The translations under genes and the position numbers were made by a program. 64,000 nucleotides of DNA from an uncultured Acidobacteriota bacterium (lineage in GTDB: Bacteria; Acidobacteriota; UBA6911): contig CAWEJX010000007.1 of assembly GCA_963809485.1 (NCBI GenBank), positions 32,001 to 96,000 on the forward strand, read 5' to 3'. Shown here in pieces: positions 29,130 through 39,006 of the stretch. The first letter of the stretch is position 1. Every line of letters starts with the position of its first letter. The notes below the pieces were generated by a model, which saw only the letters and a program-made list of their open reading frames with translations, was not told where the DNA came from and did not search any database.

Positions 29130-30092
29130 TCAACCTTCCACCAGGGAAGCCCTGAGCAAAGAAGGATTCATATGGCCGGCACGGAAAATGCGGCCGGATT
29201 TCAGGTTGTTGATCTCAACCCGGGCAGGGCTGAAAAGCATGGGGTCGATCTGAAAGAAATCTCCGTTATACCGCTTAAAGAGTTCATGGAAGGGCGTGCC
29301 ATAGTCCCGGGACCCTGTCGAAGGAACTCTATCGACCAAGGCTGCCAGCTCCTCATCATCGGCAAGAACAGTGAAATAGACCTGACTGCCATAGAGGATG
29401 GCGTCATTGGTCCGCCCGATGGCACGAAGGTCGTCTGAGGCTACCGGCGCCAAAGGGCACAGGCCGAATGCCGCTGTTACCTTCCGGACATCAAAACCCA
29501 GCTCCACAAGCTTGTGCAAACCCGTCTCCAAGGCTCGTGCAGCGATCTGTATGGAACCCACCAGGGAGGCCGTCGGAGCAATCAACAGGATTGTTTGCTC
29601 CGGCTTCACTCCGCACTTCTCCGCCACGAAGGCAGCCACATTCTCGCCCGGCAGCTCGCGCCCTTCCATTGTCAATACCGCCACCTCGGCCCGGTCCCGA
29701 TATCCCAGCTTCTGATAGATATCCTCGCCGGCGTAAAGCGCGCGCGCCGGGCCCGATCCGATGGCGAAGTAACCGCCTTGTTTGATGGCCCACCCTGCGT
29801 ACTGCGAAGCCATGCAGGCGATGTGTGGAAGACTTGCCGTAACCGCCACGGCCGGGAGACGGAAGCCGTCATCCCCGATTCCATAAGACTGCTGCGTGAA
29901 GGCAACCTGGCCCAACCCTCCCATGCTTACACGGGCGAACAGGCGACCGGCCTCCATACTGCCGGGCGCATCGATCCCGGCATCAAGCACCGTGGAACCG
30001 TTCTTCAGGCGCCTCGAGCTGAGGCCGAGCGCTTCGCAATCATCAAGCATTTGTTGTACAATCGCGGCGGCCCGCTTGTTAACGCTGATCAT
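29130..30092 (-). CDS. mch: Methenyl-H4MPT cyclohydrolase
   Basis: ACMASQYAGW, GSGPARA, APTASLVGSIQIAARALE, HK, GRTNDAILY, IDPMLFSPA. Confidence 0.96.
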   Translation of the reverse strand: MISVNKRAAAIVQQMLDDCEALGLSSRRLKNGSTVLDAGIDAPGSMEAGRLFARVSMGGLGQVAFTQQSYGIGDDGFRLPAVAVTASLPHIACMASQYAGWAIKQGGYFAIGSGPARALYAGEDIYQKLGYRDRAEVAVLTMEGRELPGENVAAFVAEKCGVKPEQTILLIAPTASLVGSIQIAARALETGLHKLVELGFDVRKVTAAFGLCPLAPVASDDLRAIGRTNDAILYGSQVYFTVLADDEELAALVDRVPSTGSRDYGTPFHELFKRYNGDFFQIDPMLFSPARVEINNLKSGRIFRAGHMNPSLLRASLVEG

Positions 30093-30888
30093 GGATCAGG
30101 ATCTCCCCTTTGCCCAGCCGGTTAAAATCTCCGCTGTAACGATGGAAACAGGCGCTCATGAAATTCTCTGGGACTGCCAGCTCCTGGTCCTTCAGATCCC
30201 GGAAAATCATTTTTAGAAAATCCGGCTGATACCTGCAATCATAGCGGTAGCCGGGCAGCAGCTCCGCCGGCCGGAAAGTAACGATGGTGCCGCGCACCAG
30301 GCCCGCACCGGGGCGGAGCCCCAGCTTGCCGAAAACAATTATGGATCCCGCGATCATGGCCAGGCCGGTGAAATCCCCCGCGTTGCCCTTAATGACAATG
30401 AGGCCCCGGCGCATCATGGCGCCCGTTTCGTTGCCGGCGCTGCCTTCGACCAGGATCAAACCTCGCCTCATCCCCCGCCGGCTGCCTCGCAGGGCGCCGC
30501 CCAGGGCATGGCCGGCATCCCCATGTATATGGATCTTCCCGCCCGTCATCTCCGCGCCGGCGCAATCTCCTGCATTCCCGAATACGTGGATTTCGCCCCC
30601 ATGCATTTCTGCGCCCAGGTGCGTCCCCACATGGCCATTGACCACAACTTTTCCCTGCGTCATACGGGCAGCGATGTTTTTGACGCGGCTCAGGTCGCCA
30701 TTCAGGACGATTTCGAGCGACCCGTCACCTGCCACATCGAAAAAATCCCCAAGGCGGGCCGGTTCATTGCCGTGCGCCACCATCAGGCGGGCAATTTCAG
30801 CAGCCTGCCTGCCGTCGAGATTTTCCGGCCTTATCGCTTCAGCCTCCAGCAGCGCCCGGGGCTGCGACCTAAGCGTCAAAACAGTCAT
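30079..30888 (-). CDS. fhcC: Formylmethanofuran dehydrogenase / Fhc subunit C
   Basis: GXGXG beta-helix repeats (GAEMHGGEIHVFGNAG), LGDFF, GKGEI. Confidence 0.92.
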   Translation of the reverse strand: MTVLTLRSQPRALLEAEAIRPENLDGRQAAEIARLMVAHGNEPARLGDFFDVAGDGSLEIVLNGDLSRVKNIAARMTQGKVVVNGHVGTHLGAEMHGGEIHVFGNAGDCAGAEMTGGKIHIHGDAGHALGGALRGSRRGMRRGLILVEGSAGNETGAMMRRGLIVIKGNAGDFTGLAMIAGSIIVFGKLGLRPGAGLVRGTIVTFRPAELLPGYRYDCRYQPDFLKMIFRDLKDQELAVPENFMSACFHRYSGDFNRLGKGEILIHDQR

Positions 30889-31784
30889 CGCGAAGTTCCC
30901 TTTTCCAGAACCTTGTGAAGATGGAATTTATATTTACCCAGATTCCCCCCATAGTTTCCCGCCGCGATCCGGAGGATGCCGTCAATGCAGGCTGCCTGGA
31001 TTCCCACGCGCGTCGCCTGCTCGATCGCCGGGACGTCCAAACCGTCTATCACTATCTCCATCACCGAATTCACCTCTTCCGGAAGAGCCGAAGAAACCAG
31101 GCTGCGCAGGCTGGGGCAATAGGCGTCATTGGTTGAGGCTTTCAGAAATTTATAGCGCGAGCCGACTTTGCTTCCGCTGCGCACAATTCCTCCCGGGAAA
31201 GGCAGTATGACCCCCGGGACACGCTGCATCGCCTCCGCCGCGAGTTCCGCTGCACGCAGAGTAGCGGGAAGATCGCTGCCCAGGATCAGGATATTGCCGC
31301 CGCCGATCGCGCGTTGAACTCCAAATTTTTCTTCAACCAGGAACTCCCCCTCCATAACCGGGATGCGCCAGTACCGGCGGCCGCCAATGACTTTGCTGAT
31401 CTGGAAACTGTCCCCGAAAAAGCGCAGTTGCCCCCCGACGGAGACTTGCTCTTCCGCCTTCAGCCCGTTGAAGCAGGCTGTGGTCGGACATGTCAACACG
31501 CACTGCCCGATGCGGCTGACAAGGTGGCTCGCCAGCGCTTCTTTGGAGGGCGCGAACAGCAAGGCACTCACGCCGGGCCTGCCGTCGGGCGTCTGCTCCA
31601 ACTCCGACTCGATGCCGGCTTCGCATCCACAGCCGATGACGGAGGTGGCAAAACCCGTCATCCGGACTGCGGCCTCGCGTGCCCATTTTCCATTTATGGC
31701 TGTGATCAGGATACGTGCGCCCCACATGCCGAAGGCTTCGGCGAACGTATCCTCGATTTCCACTCCGTTTATGTGCTTTCCCAT
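30885..31784 (-). CDS. ftr: Formylmethanofuran:H4MPT formyltransferase (Ftr/FhcD)
   Basis: IEDTFAEAF, GFATSVIGCGCEAGIE, TPDGRPG, RIGQCVLTCPTT, SGSKVGS, GNYGG. Confidence 0.96.
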   Translation of the reverse strand: MGKHINGVEIEDTFAEAFGMWGARILITAINGKWAREAAVRMTGFATSVIGCGCEAGIESELEQTPDGRPGVSALLFAPSKEALASHLVSRIGQCVLTCPTTACFNGLKAEEQVSVGGQLRFFGDSFQISKVIGGRRYWRIPVMEGEFLVEEKFGVQRAIGGGNILILGSDLPATLRAAELAAEAMQRVPGVILPFPGGIVRSGSKVGSRYKFLKASTNDAYCPSLRSLVSSALPEEVNSVMEIVIDGLDVPAIEQATRVGIQAACIDGILRIAAGNYGGNLGKYKFHLHKVLEKGTSR

Positions 31785-31943
31785 ATCCTTCCATCCCGAC
31801 AACTAACGGCTAACGCAGAGGCGGCCGGAAGGCCGTCGCAGTTGAAACGCCGGAGGATTTTCCCGGGCGGCCTTCGTACCGCCCGTAAGATAACCGATCA
31901 CGAGCTTTGGGGCAGTTCCCGGAGGAAATCCGTCTACCCATTA

Positions 31944-33569
31944 TTATGCCGTCACCGGGACTTGCCGCGGCCTCGGCAGGTAGTGCTCCGTTTGCACCGG
32001 ATAGTTTTCAAATTCAATCGTGTAGTAATTCCTGAAATGCTCCCGGATATCCTTCTCGATATCCGGATCATACCCGGGCGAAACGAAGAGAGTCCTGCCG
32101 TATGTCTCCTGGCGAATGTGGCCTTCCTCCACCAGGACCAGCCCTGCCTTGATGACATACCGGGGATTGGCGAACATCTGCTCCTTGTCGTCGTTATTGT
32201 CATAAATGGTGATATCGGCATCGGCGCCAACTCCCAGGTGCCCTTTGTGCGAAAGTCCAAGCAGGCGCGCAGGGCCCGCCCTGGTTATTATGGCGATTTC
32301 CGAGAGCGAATATTCCCGGTCGTGATCGGGCAGGGTGGTTTTGGCAATCGCCTTGGGATTCACCTTCTTCAAAGTCTCGCGCCGGTACTCGCGGTCCATG
32401 AGCAGGCGGATGATCTGCGGATAGGCGACAAAGGAGGCGCCGTTGGGATGATCCGTGGACAGGGCGATACGCCAGGGATCGCGCACCAGCAGGAACCACT
32501 CCAGGCCGATCGCCCATTGCGTGGTGTGCACGTGGTTTTTGTCTTTGTATTCAACCGGCACTATGCCGCAGCCTTCTTCGTTCTCCACGTCCACATTTAC
32601 CCACTTCCGCCCGCTGATCTGATGCAGCATGTAAGCCAGCGGGCTGTCGCCGGTCATTGAAGTCGTGTCGCCGAACATGACCTGGCCGATATCAACGGTA
32701 AGGTTCGGGTGCGTGTTCACATATTCCGCCAGTTCCGGGACCCGTGAGGTGAACAGCCCGCCCGGACGCCCTCCATAGCTGTGGAACTGGACGTGCGCCA
32801 GGTGGCCGCGCCGGCCGTCCAGCGCTTGCATGGTATCCATTGTGGTTTTCCAGTTGCCGGCGACTCCCAGATTATTGCAATGGATGTGCGCGCAGTGCGG
32901 CAGGTGCAGATCCATGCTCGCTTCAGTCAGCGATTGGATAATCTGGCGCGGCGTTACACCAAACCCGCTCACCTCATCGTCGATAGTGTGGGCGTTTCCC
33001 CCGGATTTCCACAGCTCGACCCCGCCCGGGTTCACCAGCTTTACCGCAAATCCGCGCGTCGCCTGCAGCAGCCAGGCGATGTAATGGCGGACCTTTTCGC
33101 GCTCCCCGGCGGCGATCTGCCGCATGATGAATTCGTTGTTCCCCATCAGCACCATGAAACCCTTGTCAATGACGGGGGTATCCATGAACTCTTCATGGGC
33201 ATGGCGCGCCACCATGGGTGGGACCGCCGCATCCATGGCTGTGGTATAGCCCATTGCGGCATAGCGATAGCCCGTAGCAAAGGTGGATGGCACAGTCCTG
33301 CCGGCACCCGAGCGGGTGACCGGTGTGCGCGACAGGGGCGCCAGGCGGTTGTCTTCCGGCCGCATTTTTCGCGCAATATTGACCTTGGGCCCCGCTATAT
33401 GGCAGTGCATGTCCACCCCGCCGGGCATAACTACCATCCCTGCCGCATCGATGGTTCTTCCGCCGGCATCGGAAGCCGCGATTTGCCCATCCTTGACGAA
33501 GATATTGCGGACCTCGCCGTTGATGCCGTTGATCGGGTCGTAGACTTCGCCATTTATGATTTTCAGCAT
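31944..33569 (-). CDS. fhcA: Formylmethanofuran dehydrogenase / Fhc subunit A (amidohydrolase)
   Basis: DMHCHIAG, KLVNPGG, HIHCNNLG, HLAHVQF, QWAIGLE, TDHPNG, TRAGPA; metal ligands appear intact. Confidence 0.95.
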   Translation of the reverse strand: MLKIINGEVYDPINGINGEVRNIFVKDGQIAASDAGGRTIDAAGMVVMPGGVDMHCHIAGPKVNIARKMRPEDNRLAPLSRTPVTRSGAGRTVPSTFATGYRYAAMGYTTAMDAAVPPMVARHAHEEFMDTPVIDKGFMVLMGNNEFIMRQIAAGEREKVRHYIAWLLQATRGFAVKLVNPGGVELWKSGGNAHTIDDEVSGFGVTPRQIIQSLTEASMDLHLPHCAHIHCNNLGVAGNWKTTMDTMQALDGRRGHLAHVQFHSYGGRPGGLFTSRVPELAEYVNTHPNLTVDIGQVMFGDTTSMTGDSPLAYMLHQISGRKWVNVDVENEEGCGIVPVEYKDKNHVHTTQWAIGLEWFLLVRDPWRIALSTDHPNGASFVAYPQIIRLLMDREYRRETLKKVNPKAIAKTTLPDHDREYSLSEIAIITRAGPARLLGLSHKGHLGVGADADITIYDNNDDKEQMFANPRYVIKAGLVLVEEGHIRQETYGRTLFVSPGYDPDIEKDIREHFRNYYTIEFENYPVQTEHYLPRPRQVPVTA

Positions 33570-33594
33570 GATTCGGACTCCTCCACACCGGCCA

Positions 33595-34776
33595 TCAGAA
33601 TTTACCACGAGGAGGGCTGGCCAAACTCTCATTTTTGGGCAAGATTTCTGTCCTCAGCTTTCCGGCCTGGGCGATCATTGCACCAAGCATTTCGTCATAT
33701 GTGGGACAAGCGGCCAGGATCGTGCAGATGGGGCCGCCCCTGGGCAGTATTTCGCCGGCTGCCGGGACATCCCGTATTGCCCTTGCCGTCCATTTCCGGG
33801 TATCGGGAGCGATGGCGTCCGATTCGGCAAACAGGATCGCCTTCCCGAAGAATTCTCCGCCCGCTGCCCGGGCCGCAAGGTCGAAATCGGGAAGCTTGCA
33901 TTCCAGCACCGCCTGAAGGTGAAGGCGAAAAACAGGCAGGCCATAGGCCTGCTCCACCAATTCCATGGAGGCCGAATAGCGCGGGTTGACCTCGGTCAGC
34001 CATACCTGACCGCAGCTCAGGATGAAATCGATTCCATTAACGCCGATCAGACCATATTCCCGGGTAAGGAATCCGGCCAAGCGTCTCACCTGATCGAGAA
34101 TCGCAACGCCCGTCTCGGGATGGCAGAATTCAGGAAGAGGCAAGACATTTCCGCAGTAGCGGAATCCACGGGCACCAAACTCCGGAGTGCCTACCAGCTG
34201 CGCCGCAATCCCAAGGACGACACATTCCTGGCCATTGGCCACGAAAGAGGCGGAACAGGGCTTCCCGGGAACATATTTCTGGAGGTAAAAAGGATCACGG
34301 GGGGCCTTATTTCGTTTCAGGAAAGCTATTCCATGGCCTCCCCCGCTCAACGGCGGTCTTATAAGCCAGCAGCGGGCAGGGTCAGCTTCGCTCATCCGGC
34401 CGGCGAAGAGCGTTTGGGGGACCCGGAATCCGGCTGCTTCAAGTTTTTCGTACAACGTCGCCCAGTGGCGAACGGACTCGATCGTCTCGGGAGAATTCCC
34501 GATCACGCGGCATCTGGCAGCGAACCTGCGGATGATTTCGGGGTGATTTTCCAGGTTGGAGGTATAGGCGACACTGTCAAAATTGAGGCGCCCGCTCTTC
34601 TCATAAAGCGACGCTGCGCTATACGGGACATGGAAATCGTAGCGCAGCGAGCGGGATTCGGTCAAGGATTTCAGATCCTGATCCCCGTAGGCGTCCAGCG
34701 CGATCACCGAATAGCCGCTGCGCACTGCAGACTCAGCCATGGCGCGAACGCTTATCCCAACGACCAGGATCTTCAT
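33595..34776 (-). CDS. ATP-grasp protein (orfY/MyfB-like)
   Basis: GISVRAMAESA..DAYGDQD, GGGHG, FRYCGN, GVNGIDF, EVNPRYSAS, DVP..PICT. Confidence 0.85.
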   Translation of the reverse strand: MKILVVGISVRAMAESAVRSGYSVIALDAYGDQDLKSLTESRSLRYDFHVPYSAASLYEKSGRLNFDSVAYTSNLENHPEIIRRFAARCRVIGNSPETIESVRHWATLYEKLEAAGFRVPQTLFAGRMSEADPARCWLIRPPLSGGGHGIAFLKRNKAPRDPFYLQKYVPGKPCSASFVANGQECVVLGIAAQLVGTPEFGARGFRYCGNVLPLPEFCHPETGVAILDQVRRLAGFLTREYGLIGVNGIDFILSCGQVWLTEVNPRYSASMELVEQAYGLPVFRLHLQAVLECKLPDFDLAARAAGGEFFGKAILFAESDAIAPDTRKWTARAIRDVPAAGEILPRGGPICTILAACPTYDEMLGAMIAQAGKLRTEILPKNESLASPPRGKF

Positions 34777-34905
34777 CGTATGCCTTTTCGCCGGGAAAGG
34801 AGGCCATCCGTCCGGCTTCAGCCTTGCTGTTTTTGTCTCCGGATTCCCGGTTCGCTTTTCTTACAGGCTTCCTGCTGCGGTGAATCCCGGCGCGCCGCCG
34901 AAAAC

Positions 34906-35820
34906 TCAGACAAGCTGTCTGGCAATGCCGTAGACGCCTTCGGTGTCCAAAACCAGGTCGTTTCTTTCGAACAACCGGGCGATGCATGCCTTGTGGACTT
35001 TCATCTTTGGATTGCCGATGGCGAGTGCCCCCAGCGCCCGCTTGCCGCCGTATTCGGCAAAGTCATCCCCGGGTTTGATACCCTCGATGGCCAGCGGCTC
35101 CGTCAGGTTGAAATCCAGCAGCCATTTCACGTTGACCCGTTTCGACCATGAATCCGTCGGGATCATGCGCAATCCGGCCGGGCCCGCCGCCACCACGATC
35201 TCCGCCTGATCCAGCATCGCATCCAGCCCGTCAAGGTCGGCCACATCTTTGATAGAAAGCCCTCCCCCGGCATTTGCGCAGGAACTGACACGGAAGGCTT
35301 CGGCGGCTTTGTGCCCGCTTTCCAGGGTTCGCCGCGCCAGCTCGGAATTGTAGCGCGTCCCCAGCAATTGGGGCGGGATGGAAGTGAGGTGCACGCGGCA
35401 ACCTTCGCCCGCTAGCAGAACTGCAGCCCGCAATCCCACCGGGCCGGGCCCGATCACCAGGGCCACCTTCCCTCGCAGCTCCGCCTGACGGGCCAGTTTG
35501 GCAACGGCAGTGGACGCCGTGGTGTTGCAGCCGTTGGAATCGAGCATGAGCGAGATTTTGAACGGACCGAAAAAGGTCTTGCGGGCTTCGGCCAGCAGTT
35601 GTTCGCCTGCATCCACATCCGAGCCGCCGATCCACACTGCCAGGTCCTTGAGGTCCGGGATGCCGCGGGTGAAAAACGCGCTCAGGATCAGTCCACGCAC
35701 ATCGGAAGGCGCAATCCCGCCGTAGCTCTGCACGATATCCGCTCCGGCATCGTAAGCGACAATGCAGTCAAAAGTGCTGGGGAATTTGTCGTTGTCCAGT
35801 TGAATCAGAATTTTTTTCAT
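34906..35820 (-). CDS. mtd: NAD(P)-dependent methylene-H4MPT dehydrogenase, MtdA/MtdC-like
   Basis: KILIQLD..PSTFD.IVAYDAGAD, FTRG, FFGPF..MLDSNGCNTTA, GPVG, GALAIGNPKMKVHKAC. Confidence 0.9.
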   Translation of the reverse strand: MKKILIQLDNDKFPSTFDCIVAYDAGADIVQSYGGIAPSDVRGLILSAFFTRGIPDLKDLAVWIGGSDVDAGEQLLAEARKTFFGPFKISLMLDSNGCNTTASTAVAKLARQAELRGKVALVIGPGPVGLRAAVLLAGEGCRVHLTSIPPQLLGTRYNSELARRTLESGHKAAEAFRVSSCANAGGGLSIKDVADLDGLDAMLDQAEIVVAAGPAGLRMIPTDSWSKRVNVKWLLDFNLTEPLAIEGIKPGDDFAEYGGKRALGALAIGNPKMKVHKACIARLFERNDLVLDTEGVYGIARQLV

Positions 35821-35844
35821 GCCGCATCCTTTGGCTGCAGGAAT

Positions 35845-35990
35845 CAAGAAGCCTGAAGCCTGAAGTTAGAAGCCGGAAGAGAAGATTGATTATCCCGATG
35901 CATCACCAGGTAGCGGAAGCGTGACAGCCGTGACCGTCAACCGGAAGGCTATTCCGGCTGCCGATTTCTGACTCCGGGCTCTTTGCTTCT
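35845..35990. repeat. Degenerate heptamer (GAAGCCT-type) repeat with loose inverted partner in the mptG-mtd spacer
   Basis: CAAGAAGCCTGAAGCCTGAAGTTAGAAGCCGGAAG ... TTTCTGACTCCGGGCTCTTTGCTTCT. Confidence 0.4.
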
Positions 35991-36053
35991 ATGATGAACC
36001 AGATTCAGACCAGGCCCCGAATAACGGAATGCGGCCGCAAGTTCGTGAGGCAC

Positions 36054-37055
36054 TCAGGCATGCTTTCGCACCTGCGCTCCCCGGTTTTGGGGCTGTACGC
36101 AGAAGATCTCGCCTCCACCCAGGCTATCCAGTAAAACCTTTACTTCCTTCACCAGTCGCAAGGCTTTCATTTTCCCGTCCACGAGGCCGTAAACTGCCGG
36201 GCCCCAGGAGCTTTGCCCGGCTCCCAAGGCTCCCCGATCAATCATGAAACCGATCATTTTTTCGGAAATGGAATTGGAAAAACGTCCGCCTTGAACGGAT
36301 GCGAAAAAGTCTCCGACCATGCGCTGGATGTCCGTCAATGCCTGCCCAAAACTAACGGCATCCTTCTCCACCAGTGCCGGCAGCATCTTCATCAGCAGCA
36401 GACGGCTGCTTTTCTCGGCCAGCCGAGCCGGAGCCGGAGGCAATTGCTGAAAAGCGATATTTTCCTTCTCCCCGCTGAAGCCTTTGTCTGCCTTCGGGAT
36501 AACTGTTACGAAATACCAGCTCTTTGGCACCGGGTGCCGGAACAAAACAGGAGGGATGCTGTTTTTTTCCATCCGCCCGGTAAGTCCATCGATTTCGGCG
36601 GGCGCAGGCAGGCCGGAGAGCAGACGGTGTCCGCCATCCAAAACGAAGCCCCCGCGATGGAAGGTTGCGATGCCGATTCCCGAACGCATGCCTCTTCCCA
36701 CTGCCAGCGCGATTTCCCGGGTGCTGAGCCGCAAGCCGGCCAAGGCAGCGAGAGCCGTGCCCACTGCCATGCCTATCTGGGTTCCCGATCCCAGCCCGAC
36801 ATGAGAAGGAATACCAGTCTCCAGATTCAGGCGCGCTCCGGAAGGAGCGCCATAGTGCCGGATAAAACGCCGGGCGTATTCGGCAACCCGCTCGGATTCC
36901 TGACCCTCGGCCAGAAGCCCGTCCGCACTGTCGGCTTTCAGTATCAGATGCGGCTGGGTTATGGCCAATCCGATGCTGCCGTATAGCCGGCCCTGCTCCC
37001 CATTGTTGTCCAGCAGGCCCAGATGGAGGCGTGCGCAGGTTCTGACCTCAATCAT
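36054..37055 (-). CDS. mptG: Beta-ribofuranosylaminobenzene 5'-phosphate synthase (GHMP fold)
   Basis: ARLHLGLLD, HVGLGSGTQ, GRG.RSGIG, GGFVLDGG, GQSSWGP. Confidence 0.93.
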   Translation of the reverse strand: MIEVRTCARLHLGLLDNNGEQGRLYGSIGLAITQPHLILKADSADGLLAEGQESERVAEYARRFIRHYGAPSGARLNLETGIPSHVGLGSGTQIGMAVGTALAALAGLRLSTREIALAVGRGMRSGIGIATFHRGGFVLDGGHRLLSGLPAPAEIDGLTGRMEKNSIPPVLFRHPVPKSWYFVTVIPKADKGFSGEKENIAFQQLPPAPARLAEKSSRLLLMKMLPALVEKDAVSFGQALTDIQRMVGDFFASVQGGRFSNSISEKMIGFMIDRGALGAGQSSWGPAVYGLVDGKMKALRLVKEVKVLLDSLGGGEIFCVQPQNRGAQVRKHA

Positions 37056-37626
37056 CCCTTCCCCTTTTTTGCAACGTAATCGCAAATTTTGCGACGTAAT
37101 CGTGAACCAGCCGGAAGGCCTCCTTTTCATCCTCACCGCCGGTCTTCTCAACTATTTCACTATAATATACCAGCCTTTCAGCCATAATCCTCCGATCGAT
37201 CTGCTCCAGGCGGGTAGCCAAAATGGTTGCCTCGATCACGGCACTGCCTGCCCGGCAAAATCCCAAAAAATCCTTTTTCCGGCCTCTGTGCAGCACCTGG
37301 CACCGCAGCTCTGCCCGCTCTTCGGTGCCTTCAGAGGAGACCAGCGCCATCTCCAGCCAGGAGCAGGCTCCCTCGAATACCGCACCGGGAATAACAAGGG
37401 CCGGGAAATGGCCGGGGACTTCTTTGTACAATCCGCACCGGACATACGCCAGAGCATTGTCTGTCAGACTGGCCACGCCGTATCCGCTTCTGAGCAAATT
37501 CCTGCACGTGCGTGTATTTCGAAATGGGCGCACGATGACAAAATCCTCTCCCCACACAAGGCCCATCGGCGCGAAATTCGGGCTGCCTGCTTCATCGAGG
37601 GTCGAAAAGATAGTCTCAACAATCAT
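37048..37626 (-). CDS. DUF447-family protein (orf19)
   Basis: IVETIFST, NFAPMG, PF..TRT..NL, RA..AVIEATILATR. Confidence 0.85.
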   Translation of the reverse strand: MIVETIFSTLDEAGSPNFAPMGLVWGEDFVIVRPFRNTRTCRNLLRSGYGVASLTDNALAYVRCGLYKEVPGHFPALVIPGAVFEGACSWLEMALVSSEGTEERAELRCQVLHRGRKKDFLGFCRAGSAVIEATILATRLEQIDRRIMAERLVYYSEIVEKTGGEDEKEAFRLVHDYVAKFAITLQKRGRDD

Positions 37627-37686
37627 AGGATATGCTGTTGCTGGCAGCGGCAGCATCCTGCCGCGGGATTGCGCAAGAAATTAGGG

Positions 37687-39006
37687 CTAGGGAACCAGAT
37701 AGCCCCAGCGCAGGCCTTCTTCCTGCGTATATTTTTTCCCGAGCTGCACTGCCAGAAGCGCTTTCTGCAATTCCTTGCCCAGATAAAACGCATACGACGG
37801 ATCCTCAATCTTCATCCTCTTGAAGATCGCCCGGATGTCCCTATCCTTGAAAAAGAGCCGGTTGTTGAACACGTAGATAGTATCCCGGTCGGTGAAAATG
37901 CGATAGTTCCCGTCGCGCACTTTCGCCTGCATTTTGCGCAGTTCGCTCTCACTGAAAGCATCGAATGGGGGATCCTTCACCGTAATCAGCCTGTCATCCA
38001 GGTGTTTGGGCAACAGCTTGTTTTCAAAAGCATAAAACATGAGCCTCCGGGCGATATCGAGCTCCTGAACCGCTCCGCGCGCCCAGCTGGCCACCTCGGT
38101 GGTCAATACATAATCTATCTCCAGTTCCGTGGCGATGGCAGCCAGCACGGCCGTGACTCCGGTGCTGTCGGCCGCCGTAAGCTCCGTGACATTGCCCAAT
38201 CCCATGAGCATCTCGGCCCGCGGATATTTGCGGCGCACAGCGATGAAATTTCCTATCGATTCGGTGAAGCCGAAACTGATCGGATTCAACACGGGATCGA
38301 TGATGTAAGGAACGTTCCATGCTTCAAGCCGGGCGATATTTTCCTCCAGGGAATCCATGCGCTTGCCGAAATCCGGGATGACCACAACCTTGCAGCGCAC
38401 GCGGCGCGCAAGCTCCAGGTTTTGGGAATTGACGCTAAGCAGAAAGTCCGCTCCCGCCCGGTCTGCTTTCAGGACATCATCGGCGTTGAAAGAATCCACG
38501 CTTACCAGGAAGCCCCTCTCCTTTAAAGCGCGAACGACAGTTTCTATTTCAGAGAATCCTCCCTCCAGGGGGCAACCCAAATCTATGACATCCGCCCCGC
38601 CGGCTTTGAAATAGGAGGCCCGCTCCAGTATCCCGTCCAGGCTGAGCTGGTGGGCATCGACGATTTCCGCCATGATTTTCGCGCGGTGAGCGCCATACCC
38701 GGCAGGCTGATGAGTTCTGCCCAAGAAGGACGGGATATCCTTCAGGCTTTTGGGGCCGCGGATCACTTCAATCTTAAGCTTGGCCGCGATGAGCTCCGTG
38801 TCCCCTTTACACAGTCCAGGAATCACAACGGTATCGCAGCCCATGGAATCTTCCAGGTGCCTGGCCGCAAAACGTGTATCCATCAGGGCAGCGACGGAAA
38901 TGGGCAGGATGGCGAGCCTGTATTCGATGCCGGGAGTCATTCCGTCAAGAGTGTCGCCAAGCGAAGGGGCAGCCAGCTTGCCCGTTACAAACAGGTAGCG
39001 AGGCAT
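37687..39006 (-). CDS. Dihydropteroate synthase-like H4MPT biosynthesis protein (orf20)
   Basis: LFVTGKLA, ISVAALM, GADVIDLGC, MGLGNVTELTAADSTG, AFYLGKELQKA..LGKKYTQE. Confidence 0.9.
   Translation of the reverse strand: MPRYLFVTGKLAAPSLGDTLDGMTPGIEYRLAILPISVAALMDTRFAARHLEDSMGCDTVVIPGLCKGDTELIAAKLKIEVIRGPKSLKDIPSFLGRTHQPAGYGAHRAKIMAEIVDAHQLSLDGILERASYFKAGGADVIDLGCPLEGGFSEIETVVRALKERGFLVSVDSFNADDVLKADRAGADFLLSVNSQNLELARRVRCKVVVIPDFGKRMDSLEENIARLEAWNVPYIIDPVLNPISFGFTESIGNFIAVRRKYPRAEMLMGLGNVTELTAADSTGVTAVLAAIATELEIDYVLTTEVASWARGAVQELDIARRLMFYAFENKLLPKHLDDRLITVKDPPFDAFSESELRKMQAKVRDGNYRIFTDRDTIYVFNNRLFFKDRDIRAIFKRMKIEDPSYAFYLGKELQKALLAVQLGKKYTQEEGLRWGYLVP

Noticed and set aside
33556-38526. Long plus-strand ORFs (33556-35151, 36961-38526 and similar)
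   Set aside because: Antisense shadows of recognisable minus-strand genes in GC-rich DNA, without protein motifs
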